DNA from: a bacterium
GTDB taxonomy: Bacteria > JACRDZ01 > JAQUKH01
Length of the DNA stretch: 20,000 bases
Reading direction: 5' to 3'
Assembly (NCBI GenBank): GCA_028719205.1
Contig: JAQUKH010000001.1
Coordinates: 60,603 to 80,602 of the forward strand
How positions within the stretch are numbered: position 1 is the stretch's first letter; the number at the start of each line of letters is the position of its first letter. The translations under genes were made by a program, and so were the position numbers. The notes under the pieces were generated by a model. That model was given only the letters and a program-made list of their open reading frames with translations, was not told where the DNA came from and did not search any database. Positions 1 through 10,400 of the stretch are shown one piece after another.

Positions 1-476
1 GCTACTCTGAATATAAACGGTTTATAATGGGGACTTTCAGTATTATGGCACTTTTTGCAGTCTTCTTCTGTGGGTAATATTAAACCAACTTCAATTGCTT
101 TTTTACGCTGCTGAGAATAATTTGTTTTATATTCATTTTCATTCATAATTTCTACATTTTTATACAGGCTTCCCGGCCCATGGCATGCTTCACATTGAAC
201 TCCGAAAAGATCTTTAGTTTCAATCCCTGGCGACATCGGTTCATTATAGCCGGTAACATGACATTTAAGACAAAATGGATTTTTCCTTTCTTCCTCACTT
301 AAGTCTTCATAAGCGCGCGCGTGTTCACTATCTTCCCACTTTTCGTAGATCATCCCTGCCTTTTGTCTCATATGGCATGTACGGCAGCGTTTACTGCCTT
401 CATAGGTGGCCTGAGACGCAAAAGCGAGCCTGATCGTTATAAAGAATATTACTATTAAAAATAATGATTTATTCAT
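1..476 (-). CDS. Exported multiheme c-type cytochrome, cytochrome c554-like, at least 4 CxxCH (3' end off window)
   Basis: Manual translation from ATG at 476: MNKSLFLIVIFFITIRLAFASQATYEGSKRCRTCH...W..SEHA.AY...CLKCHVTG...GVQCEACHGPGS...CKKCHNTESP. Signal peptide ending AFA and four heme-binding motifs. Starts 1 nt after the upstream TGA. Not in the ORF track. Confidence 0.92.
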   Translation of the reverse strand, partial: MNKSLFLIVIFFITIRLAFASQATYEGSKRCRTCHMRQKAGMIYEKWEDSEHARAYEDLSEEERKNPFCLKCHVTGYNEPMSPGIETKDLFGVQCEACHGPGSLYKNVEIMNENEYKTNYSQQRKKAIEVGLILPTEEDCKKCHNTESPHYKPFIFRV

Positions 477-477
477 G

Positions 478-1704
478 TCAAATATCACTTCTGGCAAATT
501 CAATAAATTTTTTGTAACTATTATTAGATTTTTTAAACGCTGAAATAGCTTCATCTGTATTTTTTTCATCTAAATACAGATTCGCAAGATCATAAAAAGC
601 ATTCCCCATATTTTGGGAAAGCTCATCTTTCAAAACTATATTATTACTATCATTTTCCTCAAATAATTTAATAGCTTCAATAAATTTTTCTTTTGCTTTT
701 TCTTTCTCGCCATTTTTAAAAAAGGCGGTCCCTAATCCGTATATTATACTGGGGTCCTTGGGAGCTAATGTTAACGCCTGATTAAACTCCCCAATGGATT
801 CAGCGATCCTATTAGCATCGCGGCATACGATCGCGTAATAATAATGTGTCTCAACATTTTTCGCGTCTAAATCTATCGCGGTAATAAACGACGCTGAAGC
901 GCTGTCAATGTTATCCTGGCGCGCGAATACTCTTCCCAGCAAACTATGACTCAAAGAATAATTTTCATCTTCTTTCAAGGATGTCATTAATTTTTCTTTT
1001 GCTTTCTCCATAAATCCCAATTTAAACATTTTAAGCCCAAAGTTATAATAAAATTGCGATTTCCCTTTTGGAATGTAGCCTTCAGCGACTTTTGGCCTGG
1101 CAACGATCTCTATTCCAAGAGGTTTTTCAAAAGCCTTTTTTACCAATCTCTCTCCTGAAAGTTTAGGGTACCCCGGCATTATTGATAAAATCTTATTGTC
1201 AATATCCATAATAGCTAAACTCGGAGTAGTCACAACCCCATATTGATTATAAATTTTCAAACCTTCATCTATAAGAACAGGAAAAGTAATTCCCTGTTCT
1301 GTTATTATCTTATTTACTTTATCTAATTCATCTACAGTTGTTTCTTTGTCGGAATTTGGCACGTAAACCGCTAAAATATTATAACCCGAACTTTTATATT
1401 TATTATACAGATCCTGCAGGACGCTTAATTCGTTAAGGGAATTTTCTGAATTGTAATTCCAGAAAATAACTCCGGTCGCAATATTTTTACCGGCAAATTC
1501 TTTTAAATTTATTTTATTTTTATTTACATCATTAAGCGTAAAATCTATAGCCGGTTCGCCTTCCCTGAGCCGTTTAAATGCCTGTCCTTTGGTTATCGGC
1601 AGGAAAACAAAAGCAACCAGACTTAATATTAAAATAAAAAATATATTTTTGCTGAAAGGATTCGCGGTTTTTAAAGCGATATTTTTTAACTTTGACATAA
1701 GCAT
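478..1704 (-). CDS. Exported TlpA/AhpC-TSA-like redoxin domain + TPR protein, CxxC replaced by SxxS
   Basis: N-terminal hydrophobic signal, then GEPAIDFTL..INLKEF.GK...FWNYNSENS...ITFPVLID..Y..YGV..TP (TlpA fold), then C-terminal TPRs. AGGAGG RBS at 1709-1714. Alternative start at 1698. Confidence 0.85.
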   Translation of the reverse strand: MLMSKLKNIALKTANPFSKNIFFILILSLVAFVFLPITKGQAFKRLREGEPAIDFTLNDVNKNKINLKEFAGKNIATGVIFWNYNSENSLNELSVLQDLYNKYKSSGYNILAVYVPNSDKETTVDELDKVNKIITEQGITFPVLIDEGLKIYNQYGVVTTPSLAIMDIDNKILSIMPGYPKLSGERLVKKAFEKPLGIEIVARPKVAEGYIPKGKSQFYYNFGLKMFKLGFMEKAKEKLMTSLKEDENYSLSHSLLGRVFARQDNIDSASASFITAIDLDAKNVETHYYYAIVCRDANRIAESIGEFNQALTLAPKDPSIIYGLGTAFFKNGEKEKAKEKFIEAIKLFEENDSNNIVLKDELSQNMGNAFYDLANLYLDEKNTDEAISAFKKSNNSYKKFIEFARSDI

Positions 1705-1729
1705 ATTACCTCCTGTAATAACTAAATTT

Positions 1730-2851
1730 TTAACAATCTATCTCTTCAAGTAACTCTAAAAATACCTTTGTAATTTTAGGGTCAAATTGTTTACCACTTT
1801 CCGCTTCTATTATTTTTTTGGCATCTTCTTTAACCAGCGCTTTTCGATAAGGCCTGTCAGATGTCATCGCGTCATAGGAATCAGCAACTGAAATTATCCG
1901 GGCCTCTATAGGTATTTCTTCCCCTTTAACCTCACCGGTATATGAGCCATAACTTCCTTTCAGATTACCGTCAAATCTTTCATGATGATATCTTATTATT
2001 TTACGAACATATTTTAATTTATCAATGCTTTTTATAGCTTCTTCTCCGATCATTGGATGTTTTTTTATCATTTCTATTTCAAGGTCATCTAAAGGGCCCT
2101 CCTTATTCAATATGGATCCTTTAACCCCTATTTTGCCAATATCGTGCAATGAAGCCGCGATTCTTACATTCTCAATCTGTTCTTGAGGTAAATTTAATTT
2201 AACAGCAATAGCAACCGCGTATTTACGGACGGTATGACAATGTTTACCGCCGGTATAGGGGTCTTTAAATTCAATAAGTTTGCCTAAAGCGTCAACCGTA
2301 TTTATAAAATCTTCATGTTGCTGAGCCGTCATTTTTAATTCTTTTTCACGGAATTCCTGCGATTGAAAACTGCTTGTAAGAGAAATTATATAAAAAAATG
2401 GCAAACGGATAAAAAAAGCAGGATCAATAATCTTATTAAAAGAACCGGTAGTTCTATAAATTATATAAATATATATCAGGCAGCTTAATGAGGATATAAT
2501 AAAAGTCATTTTTATATCCTGGCCTATAGTTGCCATTAAAATAGTCAAAAAGTATACTAAATAAAAATTACTGTCTATTTCACCGTTATAATAAATCGCG
2601 GCAGAAATAAATATAATATCTATAATAAATATAGTGTAATTCAGCCAACTATTTTCAAATATCTTGTCTCCAAAATAATTCAGGATAAAATTGCTGCTGA
2701 CATATAAAAAAATAAAACTTAGAATATAAACCGAATCAAATATGAATTTATCGTTTTGGATAAATATTAAAATGATTATAAATGTTATTAACCATCTTAA
2801 AATTACAAAAATATTTTTTTTGCTTAAAGTACCGCCCATTGTCATTTCCAT
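1730..2851 (-). CDS. Membrane-anchored HD-GYP domain protein (putative cyclic dinucleotide phosphodiesterase)
   Basis: About 5-6 N-terminal TM helices. Motifs E.KDPYT..H, LHDIGKIG, KHP, HHERFDG, GEEIP..ARII.VAD.YDAMTSDRPYR. The GYP loop is a variant (GSYT). Confidence 0.9.
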   Translation of the reverse strand: MEMTMGGTLSKKNIFVILRWLITFIIILIFIQNDKFIFDSVYILSFIFLYVSSNFILNYFGDKIFENSWLNYTIFIIDIIFISAAIYYNGEIDSNFYLVYFLTILMATIGQDIKMTFIISSLSCLIYIYIIYRTTGSFNKIIDPAFFIRLPFFYIISLTSSFQSQEFREKELKMTAQQHEDFINTVDALGKLIEFKDPYTGGKHCHTVRKYAVAIAVKLNLPQEQIENVRIAASLHDIGKIGVKGSILNKEGPLDDLEIEMIKKHPMIGEEAIKSIDKLKYVRKIIRYHHERFDGNLKGSYGSYTGEVKGEEIPIEARIISVADSYDAMTSDRPYRKALVKEDAKKIIEAESGKQFDPKITKVFLELLEEIDC

Positions 2852-2866
2852 ATATTTTCTCTTTAT

Positions 2867-3943
2867 TTAATATATTTTTTGACCGGTTATAATATTAATT
2901 ATAAAATTCTGGAAATACCTGCTTTTTTTTAATAAAAAAAAGCCGATCCTGCTGAATCTAAAAATAAAAAATGAAATAATCTTCGCATATTTAAAAGGTA
3001 AAACTATTTGATTATACACTTTTTCGTTATAAATGTTAAGAGAAATATTATCTTCTAAAAAATCAAGAATACTTTTAGCGGCTAATTGTCCGCTTTTAAC
3101 CGCGTAATAGATCCCTTCACCCAAAAAAGGATCAACAAGCCCGGCAGCATCACCGGCAAGCAGGATATTTCCTTGAACATTATTTTGCTTTATACCGCCT
3201 AAAGGAATAACACCCCCCTTATGCATAAAAAATCTTTTTCTGTCCGAAAGGCCCTGTTTCTTAATAAATCTTTTCAGCGTGTCAACTATATTTATTTTTT
3301 TAAGGGAGTATATTCCAACTGAAAATCTGTCCTTTCCGGGGAATATCCACGCGTAACCTCCCGGAACAAAACCAAAATCAAAGCCTAATGATTCTTTATA
3401 TTGTTCTTTATCCATTTCATTCATCTCAATTTCTGTAGCTACCGACACGATTCTATCGGGATATTTAATTCCTAAATGCCCGGCTGTAAAACTTAACGCT
3501 CCATCCGCGCCGATAACAAAACGCGAGGTAATTTTATCTTTTTTTAATATAACAGAAATTTTTTCTTCCCGGATTTCAAGAGACAAAACTTCGCTTTCAT
3601 CCCTGAATTCCGCCCCTTTTTCAATTGCTTTTTGGACCAGAAAATGATCAAATATTTCCCTGTTGACTATATAACCTAAATGATCATTAGATCCTAATTC
3701 AATAAATTCAGTTGTCTTGTAAAATATTTTAGCGGATTTTATTTTTCGTTCAAGAAGATGATCGACATTGAAATCAAAAAGCGCGTAAGCTTTGAGTGAT
3801 AGCCCGCCGCCGCACGCCTTAAAACGCGGGAATTTTTCTTTATCCAGGATTATTACCTTTAATCCGTTTTTAGCCAGTTCATAAGCCGCGGAACTGCCTG
3901 CCGGCCCGGCGCCTATTATCGCGACATCGTAAATCACAATCAC
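2867..3943 (-). CDS. Geranylgeranyl reductase family FAD-dependent oxidoreductase
   Basis: Motifs DVAIIGAGPAGS, FPRFKACGGG, IGADGA, GYAWIFP and GDAAGLVDPFLGEGIYYA. The true start is possibly GTG at 3937, with GAGG upstream. Confidence 0.9.
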   Translation of the reverse strand: MIVIYDVAIIGAGPAGSSAAYELAKNGLKVIILDKEKFPRFKACGGGLSLKAYALFDFNVDHLLERKIKSAKIFYKTTEFIELGSNDHLGYIVNREIFDHFLVQKAIEKGAEFRDESEVLSLEIREEKISVILKKDKITSRFVIGADGALSFTAGHLGIKYPDRIVSVATEIEMNEMDKEQYKESLGFDFGFVPGGYAWIFPGKDRFSVGIYSLKKINIVDTLKRFIKKQGLSDRKRFFMHKGGVIPLGGIKQNNVQGNILLAGDAAGLVDPFLGEGIYYAVKSGQLAAKSILDFLEDNISLNIYNEKVYNQIVLPFKYAKIISFFIFRFSRIGFFLLKKSRYFQNFIINIITGQKIY

Positions 3944-3984
3944 CTCAGTTAATTGATTAGAATAAATTCTTGCGGTATTGTGGT

Positions 3985-4013
3985 TTTATATCATATATTA
4001 TCAAATAAATCAA
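3985..4013 (-). promoter_or_regulatory. Candidate sigma-70 promoter for the reductase/HD-GYP/redoxin/cytochrome block
   Basis: Minus strand TTGATT-N17-TATAAA with a TGn extended -10. The AT-rich background lowers specificity. Confidence 0.4.
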
Positions 4014-4055
4014 ACGAATTATGTTTGTTTTGTAATCACAAATGCCTGTATTTCA

Positions 4056-7000
4056 CTATTTTAATTTCACCATTTGAAATCCAAATTTCTGATAAATATT
4101 ATCCCTGTCAACTGTCGGATGTTGTAAATTTTCACTGATTTTTGGGACTATATCCGATACATATTCCCGCAATTCATCAGTAGATATTATGCCATCATTA
4201 TTTTTATCAGCATCTTTTTGAGTCAGGCTGTTTAATATCGCCTTTGTAAAAAGTCCGTTCTGGTATTCATCTTTTTCGTAGGAGAATTCCCCGCCTCTTG
4301 AGGATGAAAATACAATTGCTCCGGACCTTCTCATCAGGTCATTATAGATGAATCTGTCTTTCTGAAACAAATATTCCCTTGGCGCTGGCGTTATATCTTT
4401 AGCTTCTACTTTTATTCCCCTTGTAGTCCTTGCCTTAAGCCCTCTGCTATCTGCCATAGCATAATATTTATCCTGAATATCCTTGTCAACTTCTCCTGAT
4501 TCACACGCGTCTATAAGAAAGACCTTTTTCCTGGGATTTATGCCCTGCAATATATCTTCTACTGATTCAAAATCTGCCGCTGTATTTTTCAGGTTCTTCA
4601 GTTCTGTCCCGTAAGTTAAATAATAGTAAGTTTCTTCTTCATCTATATCATGTACCCCATGGCCGGCTATAAACAGGATAAAGGTGTCATCAACCTTCGC
4701 GTTCTTCAGAAATTCTTTCGCGTTTTTAATATTTTCTATTGTTACTTCTTCATTAATATAGGTTTTAATGTGAACATTATTAAATCCATTCTTCATTTTT
4801 GCTAAAAGATTGCCTAAGGCCAGAACATCTTTGTGAGCGTATTTGAGATTTATATCTTTATTCTTATATTTGGATATACCAAAACCAATGTAATATAAGT
4901 CACCTTTAACATTTTCTTTATAATCTGCGTATATAAGGGCTCTAAAAGATTCCGCGCCTGCTTCATTTATACAAGTAACCTCAATTTTATTTTTGCCGCT
5001 TGTAAGTTCAACAATCTCTGTTTTACCTATATTGTTACCGGTTATTTCTTTGCCATAGGCACCAAATATAGGGACATCGTTAATATAGATGTTGTAACGC
5101 TTTAGATTGTATTTGTTATCACTTAACTTAAGGCTTAGATTCAGGAATTTACCTTCTTGCTTTGATTCTATTATTTCAGCCAGTGGGACTTGATAATCGC
5201 TCAAGAGTTTTTCTTCAGAAAGTCCCATTTTTCTGAGTCGTTTTTTATACTGCTGATAATAATGGTTTATTAAGGTTTCATTCCCAAGTCCTAAACGTTT
5301 TAAAATAATATCAGGCCGGTTGTTTTTTATGGCGAACTGGTCAACACCATAAGCAGTTAAATCATTTTTTACCATAGCAACAAGATCTCCGCCATTTTTA
5401 GAGGCATCAAAGTAACCATCAGGTGTATACATAATCCATTCATCACTATTTTCAGGGCTGATTAATGAAACGAAATCTCCGGTTTCAATATTCCAGATTT
5501 TGACTGTTCCATCTGAGGATGAAGATACTATTTGCTTACTATCAGGACTAAATGATACACCACAACTTGTACTTTGGTGTCCTTCAAAGCTTTTGATAAG
5601 ATCTCCTTCTATGCTCCATAATGTTATGATCCTGCCAGAAATAGAGACAATATACTTGCCATTAGGGCTAATTTGTATTCTGGAGTTTGAACTATGTTTA
5701 TCTTTAAAACTCTTTATAAGTTTCCCATCGATACTCCATAGTTCTAAAATAAAGTTTGAAATATTACCGGTAGTAGCATCTACGATAATATGTTTCTCAT
5801 CTGGACTAAATGAAAAGCGATTTATTAAACGTCCTGTTGCAATGGTTTTAGTAGATGTTCCATCTAAACTCCACAGTATAATTGCATTAGCATAGGAAAG
5901 AGCGGCAATATATTTTCCATCATGACTAAAAGATACTGATTCTGGAAGATTATACGTTGCTGATCGTTTTCCCTCAAAATCTTCTTCAAAATCCCTTATA
6001 TGTTTTCCATCTATATTCCATAGCTCTACTCTCATCATCCAGGAGTAACCTTTTTCATTAGGAACCTTTCTAGTCGTACCTGCGGCAATATATTTTCCGT
6101 CAGGACTTAACGCCATACCTATAACAGAAACCCCAGTTGTTAAAATTCTAACAAGTTTGCCATCTTTATTCCAGAGCCTTATTGTCCCATCCTCTGATCC
6201 TGAAATAATATAATCATTATCATAACTGAACATCACACAGTAAACTACACCTTTATGCCCTTTAAGTGTTCTAATAAGTTTTCCATCATTACTCCATATT
6301 TTTATCATTGCACCTGCTGCAGACACAATATGCTTTCCGTCACTACTAAAAGCCACATATTTAGATTCAGGGAATATTCCCCCATATGTTCTGATGAGTT
6401 CTCCATCAGTGCTCCAAAGGTTTATGGTATTCGAGGGAAACATTTTACATGCTAAATACTTACCATCCGGACTAAATACTACTGAAGAAGCTCTTGTGTT
6501 CTGGTTAAATGTATTAATAGTTTTTACACGTACCCCGTCTAAATTCCAAATGTTTATTTGTCCCCTCAAATCAATAGAAGCAATATGTTTTCCATCTGGA
6601 CTGAACGATAAAGCATCAGGCTGTTCTTCCCCAAAAGTTTTAATAAGACTTCCATTAACAGCCCATATTTTTATTCTTCCTTCCTTACCTATTGAACAAA
6701 TATACTTTCCATCAGGACTAAACTGTACTATTATGCCTCCACTAGCGCTAACATTAGGCTCTTCCTCAAAAGTTCTTATGAGCTTCCCATCAATAGCCCA
6801 AAGTTTTATTGTTTTATCTCGAGAACCAGAAACAATATATTTCCCATCAGGGCTAAAAGATAAACCAGTAATACTACTAGAATGTCCGATAAATGTTTTA
6901 ATAAATATCCCTTCTAAACTCCACAGTTCCAAAGTATTTTTCCAGGTTGCACATACAACATATTTCTTGTCAGGACTTAATCGCATCACAGCTATATTAG

Positions 7001-7352
7001 AAGGAACTTTTATCGTTTTAATAGGTGTTCCACCAAAATCCCAGATTTGTATTGTTGAAAATCCATCTGTACTAATAATATGTTTATTAAAAATCGAAAC
7101 AAAAGAATTTTGCCCTTTAGAAAATAATGTTTTAATAAGTTTGCCATCTATTCCCCAAAGTTTAATAGTATTATCCTCAGACGAAGAAACAATATATTTT
7201 CCATCAGGACTAAATTCCATACTATTAATTAAATCAGAATGCCCTTTCTGAACAACCATTTCCATATCAGAAACTTTTACAGTATCTATAGAGTAAGCTC
7301 TAGAAATATTAAAAATCAAACCTGCCAGAAAGATTAATATTATTTTTTTCAT
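4056..7352 (-). CDS. Signal-peptide WD40-repeat + caspase-like (peptidase C14) protein
   Basis: Signal peptide MKKIILIFLAGLIFNISRAYS. About 14 WD40 repeats (GH..., FSPDGKYI.S.S.D.TIKLW), a linker and beta-rich domain, then C14 dyad motifs FIAGHG (His 4659-4661) and IDACESG (Cys 4503-4505), NGLFT, and D.NNDG tail. Confidence 0.93.
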   Translation of the reverse strand: MKKIILIFLAGLIFNISRAYSIDTVKVSDMEMVVQKGHSDLINSMEFSPDGKYIVSSSEDNTIKLWGIDGKLIKTLFSKGQNSFVSIFNKHIISTDGFSTIQIWDFGGTPIKTIKVPSNIAVMRLSPDKKYVVCATWKNTLELWSLEGIFIKTFIGHSSSITGLSFSPDGKYIVSGSRDKTIKLWAIDGKLIRTFEEEPNVSASGGIIVQFSPDGKYICSIGKEGRIKIWAVNGSLIKTFGEEQPDALSFSPDGKHIASIDLRGQINIWNLDGVRVKTINTFNQNTRASSVVFSPDGKYLACKMFPSNTINLWSTDGELIRTYGGIFPESKYVAFSSDGKHIVSAAGAMIKIWSNDGKLIRTLKGHKGVVYCVMFSYDNDYIISGSEDGTIRLWNKDGKLVRILTTGVSVIGMALSPDGKYIAAGTTRKVPNEKGYSWMMRVELWNIDGKHIRDFEEDFEGKRSATYNLPESVSFSHDGKYIAALSYANAIILWSLDGTSTKTIATGRLINRFSFSPDEKHIIVDATTGNISNFILELWSIDGKLIKSFKDKHSSNSRIQISPNGKYIVSISGRIITLWSIEGDLIKSFEGHQSTSCGVSFSPDSKQIVSSSSDGTVKIWNIETGDFVSLISPENSDEWIMYTPDGYFDASKNGGDLVAMVKNDLTAYGVDQFAIKNNRPDIILKRLGLGNETLINHYYQQYKKRLRKMGLSEEKLLSDYQVPLAEIIESKQEGKFLNLSLKLSDNKYNLKRYNIYINDVPIFGAYGKEITGNNIGKTEIVELTSGKNKIEVTCINEAGAESFRALIYADYKENVKGDLYYIGFGISKYKNKDINLKYAHKDVLALGNLLAKMKNGFNNVHIKTYINEEVTIENIKNAKEFLKNAKVDDTFILFIAGHGVHDIDEEETYYYLTYGTELKNLKNTAADFESVEDILQGINPRKKVFLIDACESGEVDKDIQDKYYAMADSRGLKARTTRGIKVEAKDITPAPREYLFQKDRFIYNDLMRRSGAIVFSSSRGGEFSYEKDEYQNGLFTKAILNSLTQKDADKNNDGIISTDELREYVSDIVPKISENLQHPTVDRDNIYQKFGFQMVKLK

Positions 7353-7403
7353 TATCTTTTCCCAAATGAATTTAATATATTTTAATTACTTCTTTTCTTT
7401 TAT

Positions 7404-10400
7404 CTAATTCGGATCCCCTATTGACACAAAACCGCCCCAATAGAAAGGATTGGGATTCTTTTCTTTTATCTTAAGTTTTGCTTCTCTTAAGGCCTCAGCC
7501 TTACCCTTACCATCCGCCATGCGTTTATAAAATTCTATCATCAGGTCTTTCGTTTCCTCATCAGGCACTTTCCACAGGCTCATTACTAAAGTTTTAGCCC
7601 CCGCGAGAATAAATGCACGCTTAAGGCCAAACACACCTTCTCCTTTTTTAACCTCTCCTACCCCTGTATCACAAGCTGATAAGACAACAAGCTCTGTTCC
7701 CCTCAAGTTAAGCCCGCTTATTTTTTCCGCTACTACAATCCCCTTATCCCTGCCTGAATTAAGAGACGTATTTGCGCCTGATAACGCAATCCCTGAACGC
7801 AGCATAGGATTTCCTATACTTTGGCTTTCTTTATTAACTTTATCTTCTATAATTAATATATTTCTCATTTCTTCACCTGATAAACCTCTTGTATTTTCAG
7901 GATCATTTTTAGTCATCATATCCATCATCTCATCCGTAAGAAAAAAACCATGTGAGGCAATATGAAGTATTTTTGGATTTTTGTTATTCATCAAAACACC
8001 TTCTAAAGCCTGATCACCCAGAAATAATTTAGGTTCTTTTCCATATTTTTCTTTAAGAATATTCCTTATCACCTCCCCTTCCACCCTTGTCCCTGTAAGC
8101 CTTCCAAAATTTATCCCCCTCATCTCTCTGGAAAACTGTAGATTCTCTTTCCCCCCTGCATCTAATTTTGCTAAAAGCATTTCCTTTTTATCAGTACCAA
8201 GATCAAAATCAGGGTCAGCCATTATTATCATTTCATTATTTGACGGCTCATTTTTAGCTGTAAAGCGCATTATGTCTCTTCCCGCAGTGATATAATTAAA
8301 CTGGTATTGGTCGAGAAGATATTTTCCATCTGAAGAAATAAGGACTTCGAAAGGAATAAAGTTCAGATTGCCCTCCGGGCTGATAAAGATATTCTTCCCT
8401 TCACCGAGATAATCTTTAAGAGAAGCAAATATTTTATTGTAAAGTTTCTTTGCTATTTCATCCCGCCCCTTTTTAGATTCTTTTAAGACGCTTTCAATCC
8501 TTATATCCCTTAATTCTCTACTCTCCGAAACATTAGTCTTTCTTGTTCTTTCTTCTTCGTCTACTATCCCTTTAGCTTTTATCCGGTATTCCTCAATAAT
8601 TTTATTGATATTATCAGCTTTGCCAAGATCCACAAAACCTACAGGTCTCCGCTCATCTGATGAAAGAATAAATGCCAGATAATGTGCATCTTCAAATTTC
8701 CTATCTTTGAAATTATAAAATTCAGGGCAGACAAATTCTATAAGATAAGATCCTTTTGGAAGCAATTTTGCTATACTTTTACTATCTATTTGCCCAATTC
8801 TTTTTTCTAAGGCATAAGTTTTACTCATTGTACTCAATTTTGACTCTATCTTTTCCTTTTCTTCATCAAGAATGGAGAGTTTCTCTTTACCTTTCTTGTT
8901 ATCCATTTTTGCTGAGCTGGAGAAAGTAAGCCTGGTAATCTCTCCTTTTATTTCAATCAACCTTTTATAATCATTAATTATCATAGGATCGTTCGTATCG
9001 GAAATAAGCTCTTCATATCTTGACTGCGACTCTGTCACTATTCCCTTCCACTGAAGCCATTCATCAAGCCCGTCTCTTACAGAATTAATATCTTTAGATT
9101 GATATTGCGCGATATGACTAAAAAAATAATTCATCTCGGAATTTGTAGCGGAAATATAAGCTATTTTCTGCCTCTCGGAAAACAGACTGAATATATTATC
9201 TATATTCTTCATTCTTATATTTATTCCTAACATAAAATTAGTATGGGCGAGTTTGTGTTTCTCTGTTGAAACATAAAATAACGCTAAATTATTATAACCT
9301 TTTATTGAAACAGGATCCTCCTTCAAAGTCTGTTTATTGAGGAGTTCCGACTCTGTGTTACGGCCTGTTCTATTAGAAAGCAAAGACAGATTATCAAGCC
9401 TCGCTAACACTTCACTTCTTGGACTCAAGTTGTTTAATACTGGATCATCCTTATAAATCTCTAAAGACTGCAAATAGAGCTGTTCTGCTTCAGAATAACG
9501 TTTTGTCGTTTCATAGAGCAAGGCCAGATTTTTAAGACTCCTTAACAAATGAAATTCACAATATGTGGGATCATACTTGCCTAATATTTTATCACTCTCA
9601 CGAATCTCTAAACACCGCACATAGAGAGGTTCTGCTTCTGCATAACGGCCTGTTTTCATATAAAATCCAGCCAGATTGTCAAGGCTTTCAGCAATAGCTA
9701 TGTGATCCTTTCCTGATCTTTTATCACGAATCTTTAAGGATCGCACATAGAGCTGCTCTGCCTCTGAATAACGGCTCATTTTTTCATAATATCCAGCTAG
9801 ATCATCGAGTATTTTTACAAGATCATTGTAATAATCGTGATGTGTTGTATAAGGATCTATATAACCATCTCTTGGAAATTTCTCCTTCATCTCTAAAGCC
9901 CATTTCCCGTATTCTATTGCTTTTTCATATTGCCCAGAAGCATAGAAGTCTTCTGCTTTTCCAACAATGCCCCATATATCATAATACTTTTTACCATCAG
10001 GGCCATTGTCATATGCATCTTTTTCCTCATCATTTGACGGTTCATATTTTCCCAAGCTTCTTAAAGCTTTAACTACTACCGACTGTATTTCTTTATCTTT
10101 TATTTTATTTCTAAGAGGCTGAACAGCTCTTTTATCTTGTATATAACCTAAAATACAGGCCGAATATGCCCTTATATCCAAATCACTGTTGTCTAAAGCA
10201 ATTATTAATTTTTCAACTGCTGGAATACCTATTTGTAATAATGATAGAGCTACTGCATTTCTGACAGACGAATCTTCATTATTTAGTTTAGTAATGAGCA
10301 GATCAATCGGTAAATTATTTATTCCTCCAAAATATGCTCTAACAGCTGTCAGGATTTCATCATCCTCATCACTAAATCGGGTAATCAAGTAATCTCTGGA

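Noticed and set aside
1438-1449. Selenocysteine at the redoxin active site
   Set aside because: The codons are TCA and TCC (Ser), with no in-frame TGA.
2867-2900. Possible C-terminal truncation of the reductase
   Set aside because: All core motifs are present and the next gene begins 15 nt later, so there is no room for a lost tail and no frameshift evidence.
5500-7251. Plus-strand ORFs 5500-5895, 6255-6455 and 6394-7251 (285 aa, repetitive)
   Set aside because: Antisense shadows of the WD40 repeats. Their periodicity mirrors the minus-strand gene and they show no independent motifs.
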